From a bacterium (lineage in GTDB: Bacteria; DRYD01): a stretch of DNA of 57,924 nt. Under the pieces are notes generated by a model that was given only the letters and a program-made list of their open reading frames with translations, did not search any database and was not told where the DNA came from. Location of the stretch: assembly GCA_039630415.1 (NCBI GenBank), contig JBCNVB010000016.1, forward strand, positions 1 through 57,924, written 5' to 3'. Of this stretch, positions 49,656 through 57,924 are shown in pieces. Position numbers and translations under genes: made by a program. Position 1 is the first letter of the stretch; each line of letters begins with the position of its first letter.

Positions 49656-50987
49656 CTATTCTTGTTTTTTTTGTATAACTAGGATTAAGTCCTGTTCTTT
49701 TACTATTAGTACTTCTTCATTTGGGTAAAAGGTTTCTGATGGGTTTAGGGGTACTGCTTGCCACAATATTCCTTCCGCGTTTACTATTATTTTATCATTC
49801 TCTATTTTAACTACTTTTCCTATTTTAGGTATTAGACTTTGCTTAGGAGCTTTTCTTAATGAAGAGACTATATATGCTACCAATCCAAACATTGATAACA
49901 TTGTAAGTGAGGCTAAGACTATTATTCCTATTGGTATTGGGTGGTAGAGATTAACATTTTTAAATGTTAACAGTGATCCTAGAAGAAAGATTACAAGTCC
50001 TATTATTGTCAGAATTCCATAGGTTTGAAATTTTAGTTCTAACAGCATAATTATAAATGAGAAGATTATCAGTATTATGCCTAGTATATTAGCTGATATG
50101 ATTCCCATTCCAAATAGTCCTAAACTTAGACATATGATACCTACGATGAGAGGTACAAAACTTCCAGGATTGTTGAGCTCTATTATTATTGCCCAAAAGC
50201 CTATGGTTAGTAGTAAATATGCTATTGATGGGTTTGATATGAACATAAAGAAGCTTTCTACTATATTTGGTGGATCTCTTATGTATTTTATTTCTTGAAA
50301 TTCTTCTAGTTTTACTAAAGTAAGGGTATCTGTTTTTATTTCAATGTTTTTTATCTTTTGAAATATTTCATCTGGTGAATTTGAGATAAGATCTACTATA
50401 TTTTTTTCTTTGGCTTCTTTTCCTGTGTAAGATATGGACTTAGTTATTGTTTCTTCAACTGCTTGATAGTTTTTATTTCTTTTTTGGCAGAGATTTCTCG
50501 TAAAGGCTAATAGATCTTGGATGATTTTACTTTTCAGTGTTTGATCATCTGTTTGGATTAAGGGTGTTGAGGCTCCTGTAGTGGTTGATTCTTCCATCAC
50601 TGATACGTGACCTGCTATGAGGATAAACATTGCTGCTGAGGCAGCTCTACTGGTTTTAGGATATACATATGTTATCACTGGGTGTGTACTACTGTAAAAT
50701 ATTTTTACGATTTCCATCATTGACGAAAGTAAACCGCCTTCACTGTTTATTGTTGCTAAGATAAAATCGACTTTTTGATCCTTATTGTACTTTTGGAATT
50801 TATTGTTTAGATACATTACTGTTGCTGGTGTTATTGGACCATTTATTTCTAAAACCACTACTCTTATCTCCTTTTGATTTATAACTTTCTTATTTATAGC
50901 ATTTAGTTGGGGGTTGACTATTTTGGAATATGAAAAACAGAGAATTAAAGTTAGAGATATTAAGATAGATTTTGCAATTTCTATCAT
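49656..50987 (-). CDS. nfeD: NfeD family membrane-bound serine protease (long form)
   Basis: INGPI, INSEGG, RAASAA, GASTP, TM domain ELNNPG, and C-terminal OB fold G.LW.A. Confidence 0.88.
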   Translation of the reverse strand: MIEIAKSILISLTLILCFSYSKIVNPQLNAINKKVINQKEIRVVVLEINGPITPATVMYLNNKFQKYNKDQKVDFILATINSEGGLLSSMMEIVKIFYSSTHPVITYVYPKTSRAASAAMFILIAGHVSVMEESTTTGASTPLIQTDDQTLKSKIIQDLLAFTRNLCQKRNKNYQAVEETITKSISYTGKEAKEKNIVDLISNSPDEIFQKIKNIEIKTDTLTLVKLEEFQEIKYIRDPPNIVESFFMFISNPSIAYLLLTIGFWAIIIELNNPGSFVPLIVGIICLSLGLFGMGIISANILGIILIIFSFIIMLLELKFQTYGILTIIGLVIFLLGSLLTFKNVNLYHPIPIGIIVLASLTMLSMFGLVAYIVSSLRKAPKQSLIPKIGKVVKIENDKIIVNAEGILWQAVPLNPSETFYPNEEVLIVKEQDLILVIQKKQE

Positions 50988-50999
50988 ATTTTTCTCAGT

Positions 51000-51494
51000 T
51001 CATTGATTTATTTTTATGTAGGATAGTGCTATTGCTATGGCATCTGTTATGTCGTCTATTAAGTTCTTTGATGATTTGAGTTGATTTTTGAAAATATCTT
51101 TTATTTGTTCTTGTATTTGTTTTTTGTTTGCGTTACCTTTATTAGTTATTATTTTTTTGACCTGTGTTGGATTTATCAGGAATAGGGGAGTGTTTAGTTG
51201 GCAGCATGCTAGGGTTATTACTCCAACTGCTTGACTTACTTCAAAGGCTGTTTTTTTGTTAAGGTAGTAGTACATTCTTTCAATTACTACTGCGTTGGGG
51301 TTGTATTTTTTTATGAGTTTTTTTGTGTATTGGTAAATTTGTTTTATTCTGGTTTGATGGATATTGGATTTGACGGGAAAAAGTCCGTATTCTAGTAGGT
51401 TTATTTTATTGATATTTGATAGATTTTGTATTATTGCGAATCCTACTCTTGTTGTGCCCGCATCTATCCCTAGAACTATCATTTTTTCATTCAT
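51000..51494 (-). CDS. ruvC: Holliday junction resolvase RuvC
   Basis: LGIDAGT...GF, VIE, P.QVKK...GNA.K.Q and DD..DAIAIA. Confidence 0.92.
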   Translation of the reverse strand: MNEKMIVLGIDAGTTRVGFAIIQNLSNINKINLLEYGLFPVKSNIHQTRIKQIYQYTKKLIKKYNPNAVVIERMYYYLNKKTAFEVSQAVGVITLACCQLNTPLFLINPTQVKKIITNKGNANKKQIQEQIKDIFKNQLKSSKNLIDDITDAIAIALSYIKINQ

Positions 51495-51834
51495 TTATTT
51501 TTCTTTCTATTTCTTCTAGCTTCTGGTACTTTAGTTCCTCTGATAATGGGGTTTGCAGATAATTTAGTATTTCATTTGCTATTTCTATATACTTATTATG
51601 TATTTCTAGGACTGATTGGTATATTGTTTGTATTATTCTTTTTTGTACTGGGGTTAGATGAGGTATTGATTCGTGTTTTTTCTTATTTTCAAGTGTTTGT
51701 TGTATTATTTCTTTGATTTTGGATATATCTTTTTGTAAGGTTTGTTTTATTTGCTTTGCTTTACTATCTTGTAGGTCTTTTTGCTGTAGTTCTTTTAGGA
51801 TTTGTTTGTATGATTGTATTATGGACTTGTTCAT
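51487..51834 (-). CDS. Hypothetical coiled-coil protein
   Basis: 115-aa Q/K/I-rich ORF overlapping the ruvC start. Confidence 0.6.
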   Translation of the reverse strand: MNKSIIQSYKQILKELQQKDLQDSKAKQIKQTLQKDISKIKEIIQQTLENKKKHESIPHLTPVQKRIIQTIYQSVLEIHNKYIEIANEILNYLQTPLSEELKYQKLEEIERKINE

Positions 51835-51983
51835 TTAATTTAATGGTTTCCCTACTAATTTAGTTTTATATATTTTGCCGTGAAGTCCTCTATTAAATAT
51901 TGATAAATAGCAATAAATTTGGGACTTTGAATTGAATGATTTGAATTTGTGAAATCGGTACAAAATTAGTGTTAATTGAATGC

Positions 51984-52013
51984 TTGAAAATACTTGCTTT
52001 GACGTTATAGAAT
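51984..52013 (+). promoter_or_regulatory. Candidate sigma70 promoter for the HU gene (TTGAAA-N18-TAGAAT)
   Basis: Near-consensus hexamers in the divergent intergenic region; the AT-rich background lowers specificity. Confidence 0.3.
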
Positions 52014-52150
52014 TTTTAGGAATTAGGTATATTTTATGATTTTGAATATGAAAATTTATCTTTATTGATTTTTGAAGAAGGGAAATTTTTAGTTTCCTTT
52101 AATATCTATATTGTTAAGAGAAGGTAGTACTCAGAGGGAGGTGAATATAG

Positions 52151-52468
52151 ATGCCAAAAGCAAAAACCACTCCAAAAGTGGTTAGTAAGAAGGAAGTAGT
52201 AGACTCCATGGTTAAGTGGGTCGAAAAAAATAAGGAAATGCAAGTAACAAAGAAGGAAGCAGAAGCTCTACTAAAGGCTTTCCTAGAAACTGTAGTAGAG
52301 TATGTTAGAAAAGGTGTAAAAGTCCAATTAGTTCCATATGGAAGCTGGGAAGTAAGACAAAGATCTTCTAGAAAAGGAAGAAATCCAAAAACTGGACAAG
52401 AAATTAATATCCCTGCAAGAAAAGTACCTGTTTTCAAAGTAGGAAAGAGATTAAAGGAAGCTGTATAG
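52151..52468 (+). CDS. hup: HU family DNA-binding protein
   Basis: R.GRNPKTG..I.IPARKVP.FK.GK.LKEAV; strong GGAGGTG SD. Confidence 0.93.
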   Translation: MPKAKTTPKVVSKKEVVDSMVKWVEKNKEMQVTKKEAEALLKAFLETVVEYVRKGVKVQLVPYGSWEVRQRSSRKGRNPKTGQEINIPARKVPVFKVGKRLKEAV

Positions 52469-52495
52469 ACTGTTTTTGCAGTAAAGTCTTTAACC

Positions 52496-52530
52496 AAGGG
52501 GGGAGGTATAGCACCTCCCCCTTAAATTTT
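52496..52530 (+). terminator. GC-rich hairpin, probable intrinsic terminator after hup
   Basis: AAGGGGGGAGGT-ATAGC-ACCTCCCCCTT followed by an imperfect T-rich tail. Confidence 0.7.
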
Positions 52531-52543
52531 AAATTAAGAAAAC

Positions 52544-54301
52544 ATGAGAGGTTTATCTAATCTTCTTATCAGCTTGAAGAATAGATTTCTAAGTGAACTG
52601 GGATATGATAATCAGGTAGCTAAATTCATAAAAAAGCTCAAACCACCCTGGAAATATATCATATTTGTAATTCTATTTACACTGTTGTATAATTTAACTA
52701 CTGTATTACAACCTTTGATATTAGCCAAGCTTTTTGAGATGATATACACTCAAAAGAGCTTGTTTCTTCTAAACTTGATAGTTATTACTGGTTTAGTATT
52801 GTTTATCGTTAGAGGTATTTCCCAATATTTTCAGGGGTATTTACTTTCAAAGGCGTCCCACATTATGCTTAATGAAAATAGAAAAGAGTTTATAGACTTG
52901 CTGTTTAAGCAGCCATTGAATGTGATTGAGAAAAACCATAGTGGACACTTAATTTCGGTGGTTATTTCAAATCTATCTTCTATTGTTTCTGATTTACCAG
53001 GTCTAATTATCGGATATATGAATAGTTTGATTACTTTAATTTTCTCACTAGGTTGGATTTTTTATAAAGATATGACATTAGGTTTTTTGACTATTCTAAC
53101 TTTACCCTTACTTGCTATCATAATGAAGCACTTTTTCAAAAGATTGGAGAATGTTAGTGAAATGATACAAAGTCAAATGTCTAAGATTATTACGGATATG
53201 AACGAGATGTTTAGGTATATAAAAATTGTTAAGTCATTTAATAGGGAAGATGTTGAGAAACAAAGAGTTTTCAATTTACTGGATACATATACGAATCTAT
53301 ATTTAAAATTGGCTAGAATTTCGTTTTTACAGAAACCATCAGCAGAATTTATAGCTTCATTATCTTTAATAATAATAACATGGTATAGTGGTTATTTGGT
53401 AATTAAAGGGGTTTTCAAACCATTTGATGTTTTAGCTTATTGGGGGTATGTGGCGATATCTGTTTCTCCTATTGCAAATTTAGCTGCTGCTATATTTAAC
53501 ACGAAAGTTATTTTTGGTTATATAAGGAAATACATGGAAACGGTAAGTAACCTTAACCAAGACGAGTTCGATTATAGCGCTTACAAATATAATGAAGTAA
53601 TCAAATTTAAGGGAGAAATTGAGTTTAAAAACGTATCTTTTGGCTATGATAGTAAATTAGTTTTAAACGATGTAAGTTTAAAGATAGAGCCTGGTCAGAA
53701 AGTAGCTATCATCGGCAAAAGTGGAATAGGAAAAAGTACGCTAGTTTCTTTGTTGGTTAAATTTTATAAGCCATCCAGTGGAAAAATCTTTATAGATAAG
53801 ATCGATATTGAAGAAATTAATCCTAAAGTTGTTAGGGAAAATATATCGATACTAACTCAGGAGGTGTATATTTTTAACGATAGTATAGCTAACAATGTGA
53901 GGTATTCTAGAATAGAAGCCACTGATGAAGAAATAATCGATGCTTGTAAGAGAGCTGTTATACATGAGGATATACTTTCTCAGAAGGGGGGATATGACTA
54001 TGTATTAATGGAGGATGGTAAGGGTATGTCTGGTGGACAAAGACAAAGAATTGCTATAGCAAGAATATTCTTAAGAAATACTTCTATTGTTATTCTTGAT
54101 GAACCTACTTCTTCTCTGGATCCAGCAATAGCTAACAAAATTATTAACTCTATTTTTGATTTCTTTAAAGATAAAACTATAATTGTGATATCTCATAATC
54201 ACGAAATAGTTAACCTAGTTGATAAAGTATTTTTACTTGAGGATGGAAAAATTATTGAGGTAGTAAAACAGGATAAAACTGACAAAGGAAAAATAATATA
54301 A
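52544..54301 (+). CDS. ABC exporter, fused permease/ATPase (MsbA/MdlB-like)
   Basis: N-terminal TM domain, GKSGIGKST, MSGGQRQRIAIAR, ILDEPTS and ISH. Confidence 0.92.
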   Translation: MRGLSNLLISLKNRFLSELGYDNQVAKFIKKLKPPWKYIIFVILFTLLYNLTTVLQPLILAKLFEMIYTQKSLFLLNLIVITGLVLFIVRGISQYFQGYLLSKASHIMLNENRKEFIDLLFKQPLNVIEKNHSGHLISVVISNLSSIVSDLPGLIIGYMNSLITLIFSLGWIFYKDMTLGFLTILTLPLLAIIMKHFFKRLENVSEMIQSQMSKIITDMNEMFRYIKIVKSFNREDVEKQRVFNLLDTYTNLYLKLARISFLQKPSAEFIASLSLIIITWYSGYLVIKGVFKPFDVLAYWGYVAISVSPIANLAAAIFNTKVIFGYIRKYMETVSNLNQDEFDYSAYKYNEVIKFKGEIEFKNVSFGYDSKLVLNDVSLKIEPGQKVAIIGKSGIGKSTLVSLLVKFYKPSSGKIFIDKIDIEEINPKVVRENISILTQEVYIFNDSIANNVRYSRIEATDEEIIDACKRAVIHEDILSQKGGYDYVLMEDGKGMSGGQRQRIAIARIFLRNTSIVILDEPTSSLDPAIANKIINSIFDFFKDKTIIVISHNHEIVNLVDKVFLLEDGKIIEVVKQDKTDKGKII

Positions 54302-54303
54302 CT

Positions 54304-55101
54304 ATGGAGATTGGCCCTTTAAGTTTTAATATATCAACTAACATTCTGATTTGGATATCCTCCTTACTAATATTGGCTATATATAGCTTTTTATATCGTG
54401 ATAACTTTTACTATAAGTTGGCTGAGCACCTATTTATAGGTGTTTCTGCGGGATATTGGTTTGTTCTAACTTATTGGAGTTTTATTTATCCGAATGTTTT
54501 TCTAGCTTTGGCAAACATTTTTTTTATTAGTTCTGTTCACTATGAGATGAGCTCTTTAAAAATCAATCCGTTGGTAAAGTTTTCCATACAGTTTCCTTTT
54601 GAGTTAACTAAAGAATTGAGTATTGGTTTTCCTGCTATAAACGTATGGGATTTTCTGAACATTATTATTCCAACTATTCTTGGTATAATGGTACTTTTAA
54701 AGCTAGTTCCTTCGATTGGTTGGATTAGTAGAATACCTATAGCTTTTATGGTGGGAGTTACTGCTGGTATAACTATATACTCAATAGGGATAGGGGATGT
54801 TGTTAAACAGATTGGATCAACTATAGATCCATTTATAAATATTACAAATCAGGGGCAAATAAATTGGTTTGTTACCATATCAGATTTGATAGTGTTGATA
54901 GGTGTTCTTAGTAGCTTATTATATTTTTACTTCTCTGCTGAGTTTAAAGGGGGAGTTAATTATATTGTAAGAGTTGGGATTATGTTTTTGATGGTTGCTT
55001 TTGGTGTAGCTTTCGGTTATACTGTTATGGCTAGGATATCTTTAGCTATACAAATATTTGATATACTTATAAACAAATGGCTAGGTATAAAAATCACGTA
55101 G
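54304..55101 (+). CDS. Multi-pass membrane protein of unknown function
   Basis: About six hydrophobic segments; motif SFLYRDN..YKLAEHLFIGVSAGY. Confidence 0.75.
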   Translation: MEIGPLSFNISTNILIWISSLLILAIYSFLYRDNFYYKLAEHLFIGVSAGYWFVLTYWSFIYPNVFLALANIFFISSVHYEMSSLKINPLVKFSIQFPFELTKELSIGFPAINVWDFLNIIIPTILGIMVLLKLVPSIGWISRIPIAFMVGVTAGITIYSIGIGDVVKQIGSTIDPFINITNQGQINWFVTISDLIVLIGVLSSLLYFYFSAEFKGGVNYIVRVGIMFLMVAFGVAFGYTVMARISLAIQIFDILINKWLGIKIT

Positions 55102-55589
55102 TAACAATTCCTGATCCAGTTCTGAGAAAAAAATCCTCAAACTTAAAAAAATCTGAAATAAATTCTAGAAATCTGAATAAACTTTTAGAGCATATGGTTA
55201 AGATACTAGATTTATATGATGGTGTGGGACTTTCTGCTGTCCAAATAGGATTGCCTAAAAATTTATTCATTATAAGAAGTAACCTTGATAAAGAGAAGAT
55301 TAATCTGAAGAATTGGAAAGATGAAATTGAAGTATACATCAACTCGGAAATATTGCAATACCATGAACCTAAAGTAGATAGTTGGGAAGGATGTTTAAGT
55401 ATACCTAATATACAGTGTTTAGTAGAAAGAGCTTCAAAAATCAAAGTAAGGTATATCGACTTGGATGGTAATGAAGTGGTAAGGGAAATAGATGATTTCA
55501 AGTCTATAGTTTTTCAACATGAGTATGATCATACTCAAGGTATATTAATCATAGATAAGGCTAAACAAATAAAACAAGTGGGTGATTGA
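55077..55589 (+). CDS. def: Peptide deformylase
   Basis: GVGLSAVQIG, EGCLS and QHEYDH. Confidence 0.95.
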   Translation: MARYKNHVVTIPDPVLRKKSSNLKKSEINSRNLNKLLEHMVKILDLYDGVGLSAVQIGLPKNLFIIRSNLDKEKINLKNWKDEIEVYINSEILQYHEPKVDSWEGCLSIPNIQCLVERASKIKVRYIDLDGNEVVREIDDFKSIVFQHEYDHTQGILIIDKAKQIKQVGD

Positions 55590-55591
55590 TT

Positions 55592-56467
55592 ATGTCTACT
55601 ACTTTAAAAGAGATAAAGAATAGAATAAAAGCTGCTACTAACATACGCCAAATAACAAAAGCAATGAAGCTAATTTCAAGTATTAAACTAAAAAAAATAC
55701 AAAAAGCTTTTTTACCATTCAAAAATTATCAAAAATCTATTGAGGAACTTATATCTGTACTGGTTAAAAATATTGATTTTAAGTTGATCGTTTCTAATGT
55801 TGAATTTTTCAAAGTAAGAAAATCGAATAAGGATTTGGTGGTTATCTTTAGTTCTGATAAAGGTTTATGTGGAGCTTTCAATACTAACCTATTTATGTTC
55901 TTCGAGAAAAGTTTCAAAAGGGATAATGTAAAGTTGATTACAGTTGGAAAAAAAGCAATATTGTATTTTTCAAGAAGGAATTATGAAATAGTTGATCATT
56001 TTGAAAAAATACCTGATATCCCTTCGTTTGAATTTTCTAGAAAATTAAATGAGCTGGTTAAAAAAATATACATATCAGATTCAAATATAAGCAGTGTGAA
56101 ATTGGTTTATAATAGTTTTATAAGTTCTATCAAGTATGAGCCCAGGATAGAAACATTGCTACCTATATCGGAACAAAATTTTAAAGCTACTAACTATAAT
56201 GTTAACCATTTTATTTTTGAACCTAGCTTGGAAAAAATAGCTTCATACTTGTTTGAGCTTTATATTGATAGTTTAATCTACAAAGTTTTAATGGATTCAA
56301 AATTATCTGAGTTTAGTGCAAGATTTACTGCTATGAATACTGCAACTGAAAATGCTGAAAATTTAATTAAGGAATTAAAGTTACTATTTTTCAAAAGAAG
56401 ACAGGAATCAATAACTAAAGAGTTATTAGAAATATCTGCTGGTGTAGAAGCTCTCAAACAGATTTAA
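55592..56467 (+). CDS. atpG: ATP synthase F1 gamma subunit
   Basis: IK.RI......QITKAMK, SSDKGLCGAFN, SE..AR..AM..ATENA and RQ..IT.EL.EI. Confidence 0.95.
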   Translation: MSTTLKEIKNRIKAATNIRQITKAMKLISSIKLKKIQKAFLPFKNYQKSIEELISVLVKNIDFKLIVSNVEFFKVRKSNKDLVVIFSSDKGLCGAFNTNLFMFFEKSFKRDNVKLITVGKKAILYFSRRNYEIVDHFEKIPDIPSFEFSRKLNELVKKIYISDSNISSVKLVYNSFISSIKYEPRIETLLPISEQNFKATNYNVNHFIFEPSLEKIASYLFELYIDSLIYKVLMDSKLSEFSARFTAMNTATENAENLIKELKLLFFKRRQESITKELLEISAGVEALKQI

Positions 56468-56470
56468 TTG

Positions 56471-57924
56471 ATGTACTTTGGTTTAACTCATAAACTACAC
56501 AATCTTTTTAAAGATCCCATACCTCTGCTCAAAGGGATTCTTATCCTTATTCTTATACCTTTATTCTATTACTTTACAATGAGTTCATATTTTTCTATAA
56601 AACCAAATTATGTAGCTCACTTTGATATTATCCTTCAACAGGATTACAAGGGGTATATCGATGAAAGAGAGTATCTTCTTAAAATTCAGGAGATATATAG
56701 AATCAAGGAGTATAAAGTAGATACAAACATTTCTCGGGAAGTTATTTACCAAGTAGATAAAATTTTCCAGCTTCAAAATCAATTTCCTGAAGTTACACAA
56801 CAAGAAAAGGAGTTTATTAAGAAGGTTATTATTAGCAAGTTGGAGGTGTTTTATAAGAAAGGCATAACTGAAGAGGAAATATATTCTACTCTTAATCAGA
56901 TCGATACTTTTCTTACCGATTATCTAAAAGATTTTGAAAATAGAGAGGCTTTGATTAGGTACAAAAATAGATTGATTATAGAGCTTGCTAGTTTACTAAA
57001 GCCTAATAAGTTTGTGGATATTGCTAAAACACTTCAAAGGCAATCTGAACTAATTCAGAGAATACCTAAAACTTATAGCCTTAGTAAGGGAAGTGTAGTA
57101 GTAAAGAAGGGGGAGCTTATTACTGAAGAATCTTATGAAGCCATAATTAATACTGGAACTAAGGAATTTTATGAAAGTAAGATAAAGCTCAGTACATTAT
57201 TTATTTTTCTTATTTGTTTGTTTAGTTCGATAAATTTTAGTATTTTGGGGGTAAAATTTAGTAACGCTATTTATATTTTGATTTTATTGATTTTGTTGGT
57301 ATTAGGTTCTATTTTTGTTGAGAAACCCTTTGATTACCTTGTACCTTTCTGGACACCATTTTTGATAGGTTACTTTATTGGAGGACTACTTCTTTCGTTT
57401 TTTGTTTTGATTTGGTATTTGATAATATTGAATTTTGTTGATTATCAACTATTTGGGGATATTATTGGTTTTGATTATTTACTTTTTGTTCTATTTTCTT
57501 TTGTTTTTCTTTTCTATTTTTTGATGAAGAATGAGAGTAACAGGTTTGGTATATTTTTGGGTAGGTTTGATTTTAGTATTCTTGTTTTGATTATTGTATA
57601 TTTATTTTTGTACTTTGCTTTTGTTAGGTTATTTGGTTTTGTGGAAAATTTTGCTGTATACTTTTCTTTTTCTATTGTTTCAGTTATAATGTCATTGGTT
57701 TTGGTATATTTTTTAGTGTTACTGTTGGGAATTGGTATAGGGGATATAGATTTAGGTAGGATGAGGTGGTTATTGGATTTAAACAATCCTGTTTTATCGG
57801 ATTTGTCTAGGCTTGCTCCCGGAACTTTCAATCATAGTCTTAGGGTTTCTGAGCTTTCTGAAGCGTGTGCTAAAGCTATCAATGTTAACCCAATCTTAGT
57901 TAAAATAGGTGCATTATATCATGA
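56471..57924 (+). CDS. 7TM-HD (HDIG) membrane phosphohydrolase, PgpH-like; 3'-truncated by the window edge
   Basis: Absent from the ORF track because it has no stop in the window. The frame from ATG 56471 has a TM segment, an extracytoplasmic region (KG....VKKGE.IT), a multi-TM region, and ends LDLNNPVL...APGTFNHS....LSEA.A......V.IGALYH. Confidence 0.85.
   Translation, partial: MYFGLTHKLHNLFKDPIPLLKGILILILIPLFYYFTMSSYFSIKPNYVAHFDIILQQDYKGYIDEREYLLKIQEIYRIKEYKVDTNISREVIYQVDKIFQLQNQFPEVTQQEKEFIKKVIISKLEVFYKKGITEEEIYSTLNQIDTFLTDYLKDFENREALIRYKNRLIIELASLLKPNKFVDIAKTLQRQSELIQRIPKTYSLSKGSVVVKKGELITEESYEAIINTGTKEFYESKIKLSTLFIFLICLFSSINFSILGVKFSNAIYILILLILLVLGSIFVEKPFDYLVPFWTPFLIGYFIGGLLLSFFVLIWYLIILNFVDYQLFGDIIGFDYLLFVLFSFVFLFYFLMKNESNRFGIFLGRFDFSILVLIIVYLFLYFAFVRLFGFVENFAVYFSFSIVSVIMSLVLVYFLVLLLGIGIGDIDLGRMRWLLDLNNPVLSDLSRLAPGTFNHSLRVSELSEACAKAINVNPILVKIGALYH

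Noticed and set aside
1-57924. CRISPR array or IS element
   Set aside because: I saw no regularly spaced repeats, cas genes or transposases; the only repeats are short in-frame or spacer duplications.

Overview
This is an AT-rich, gene-dense bacterial chromosomal segment made mostly of housekeeping and metabolic genes: truB (partial), ribF, leuS, trpS, grpE-dnaK-dnaJ, a clpB/C ATPase, pnp, pgk, rimO, fmt, def, ruvC, HU, atpG and nuoJ/K/L. It also carries amino-acid catabolism genes (lysine 5,6-aminomutase alpha subunit, a KamB-like reactivase, a PduO-type adenosyltransferase, tryptophanase), type IV pilus genes, two-component and cyclic-dinucleotide signalling genes, and a radical SAM/SPASM enzyme. 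Operons that are normally conserved are scattered. I saw no CRISPR array, integrase or transposase. The standout observation is the single tRNA gene (6194-6268). It has a perfectly paired tRNA-Pro-type body (C1:G72, A73, short variable loop) but carries the leucine anticodon UAG, although CUA encodes Leu at conserved protein positions here. It could be a mistranslating, identity-shifted or edited tRNA, or a single-base error. Other oddities are a histidine kinase lacking its phospho-His, an RRE-fused rSAM/SPASM enzyme with an altered Cys motif, and a membrane protein with a three-fold internal repeat. All calls come from motif recognition by eye; no searches were run.
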